Assembly: GCA_002633005.1 (NCBI GenBank)
Contig: NMRA01000526.1
Coordinates: 112,032 to 176,031 of the forward strand
Direction of reading: 5' to 3'
Source: Phoronis australis
Lineage: Eukaryota; Animalia; Phoronida
Length of the DNA stretch: 64,000 nucleotides
Shown here: piece after piece, positions 63,119-64,000 of the stretch
How the letters are laid out: the number at the start of each line of letters is the position of its first letter
Numbering within the stretch: position 1 is the first letter of the stretch
Program-made: the position numbers and the translations under genes
Notes under the pieces: model-generated
Told to the model about the DNA's origin: nothing
The model's input: the letters and a program-made list of their open reading frames with translations, nothing else
Databases searched by the model: none

Positions 63119-64000
63119 CTATGTGTCGGTCATGCTGCCCTTCTTGAGGTACTGTTGCTCTCTCTGCTTTGTGTTCTCTATAAGTCTGTGGCACATTGCT
63201 GGCCCTATATCATCCAAAGCTGCCCATATTACATTGTGGAGATTCTCAAAATCTAAATTTTCAGCAAATCTCGTCACTCTCACATTATATTTGTACATCT
63301 GCCACGCCACCTCAAGTGCGTTGAGATGCGCAAAATATGGCGGCAGATAGATAACGGCGTGCCCGTATACCTTTGCAAGGACCTCAGCTCTGGTCTGTTC
63401 ATTCTTCTTCTTTTTGCTACCATTTTTGTTGCGCTTTTGTGTTGTATTAACACCAAGGTCCCAAGAAACCTTCGTCTTTGGCAACACTGGGTGATGAGAA
63501 GTGTAGTTCCTGTGGTAAGATGCATTGTCCATAATTATTGAGCACGATCCATAATGGTGCCGTGCTTGAATGCACACATTCTCAAACAGCATGTGAAAAG
63601 TATCGCTGTTCATGTGAGAGGTGTTAAGAACACAGTCAGTCATGTAAACGTGTCGCACTCCAGGAACCCATCCATTTTCTCCCATGGCGTCGAATATTGT
63701 CCATTTCTTAGAAACTGTCCTCGGTTTCTTATTGCCAAATATTTTGTCTGGGTCACCTTTGCATTTGCCGTTTAGGTGTTCATTCTTCTTGTGGTTTACT
63801 ATATACGATTCATCCAAGTAAACCCTGTAGAAGTTTTTGTTGTCATATTTGTGCACAGTTTTGATGAATTTTTTAACATGCTCAAACGTGTGCTTATTTA
63901 CGACTGGCTGGTCTCTTAAGCAGTTGACCTTCAGAAGTGCTGTGGCGATGGAAAGTTTCCGGATTGCTGCAGACGCTTTCACAGTTCCTTGATGGCATAT
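63119..64000 (-). mobile_element. IS630-Tc1-mariner superfamily transposase (Sailor-like, DD71E), open frame running off the window end, in an MTG2 intron
   Basis: Motifs VYLDESY, AMGENGWVPG, HMNSDTF, IIMDNASYH, GHAVIYLPPY..LNALEVAW..K. The frame has no stop from 64000 down to the terminal stop at 63119. Confidence 0.9.

Overview
AT-rich, intron-containing animal (invertebrate-like, possibly lophotrochozoan) genomic DNA. There are no prokaryotic features and no CRISPR array. Gene order, assembled by hand from phase-consistent GT-AG exons: 3' end of RNMT (+, 6-3349); an intronless class A GPCR (-, 10177-11310); an unannotated-looking multi-exon gene (+, ~20707/22383-27235) that resembles a highly divergent EB1/MAPRE protein (CH-like N-terminus, long S/T/Q/P linker, EBH-like coiled coil, acidic tail); ALKBH4 (-, 28367-32119) head-to-head with UBASH3/Sts-like phosphatase (+, 32400-51690); and the 5' part of MTG2/GTPBP5 (+, 57599 to beyond the window), whose intron holds an open IS630-Tc1-mariner (Sailor-like) transposase with DD71E spacing. 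Introns and intergenic DNA carry many transposon relics: a Kolobok element with a THAP remnant, a decayed L1/Tx1 LINE next to a (CA)n tract and 60-N gap, CR1/L2-type LINE ends, hAT-like and foldback MITEs, tRNA-derived modules, a RecQ-like helicase fragment, and a ~150-bp tandem repeat with a CTCF-like motif in each unit. All family assignments come from motif recognition and recalled sequences, not database searches.
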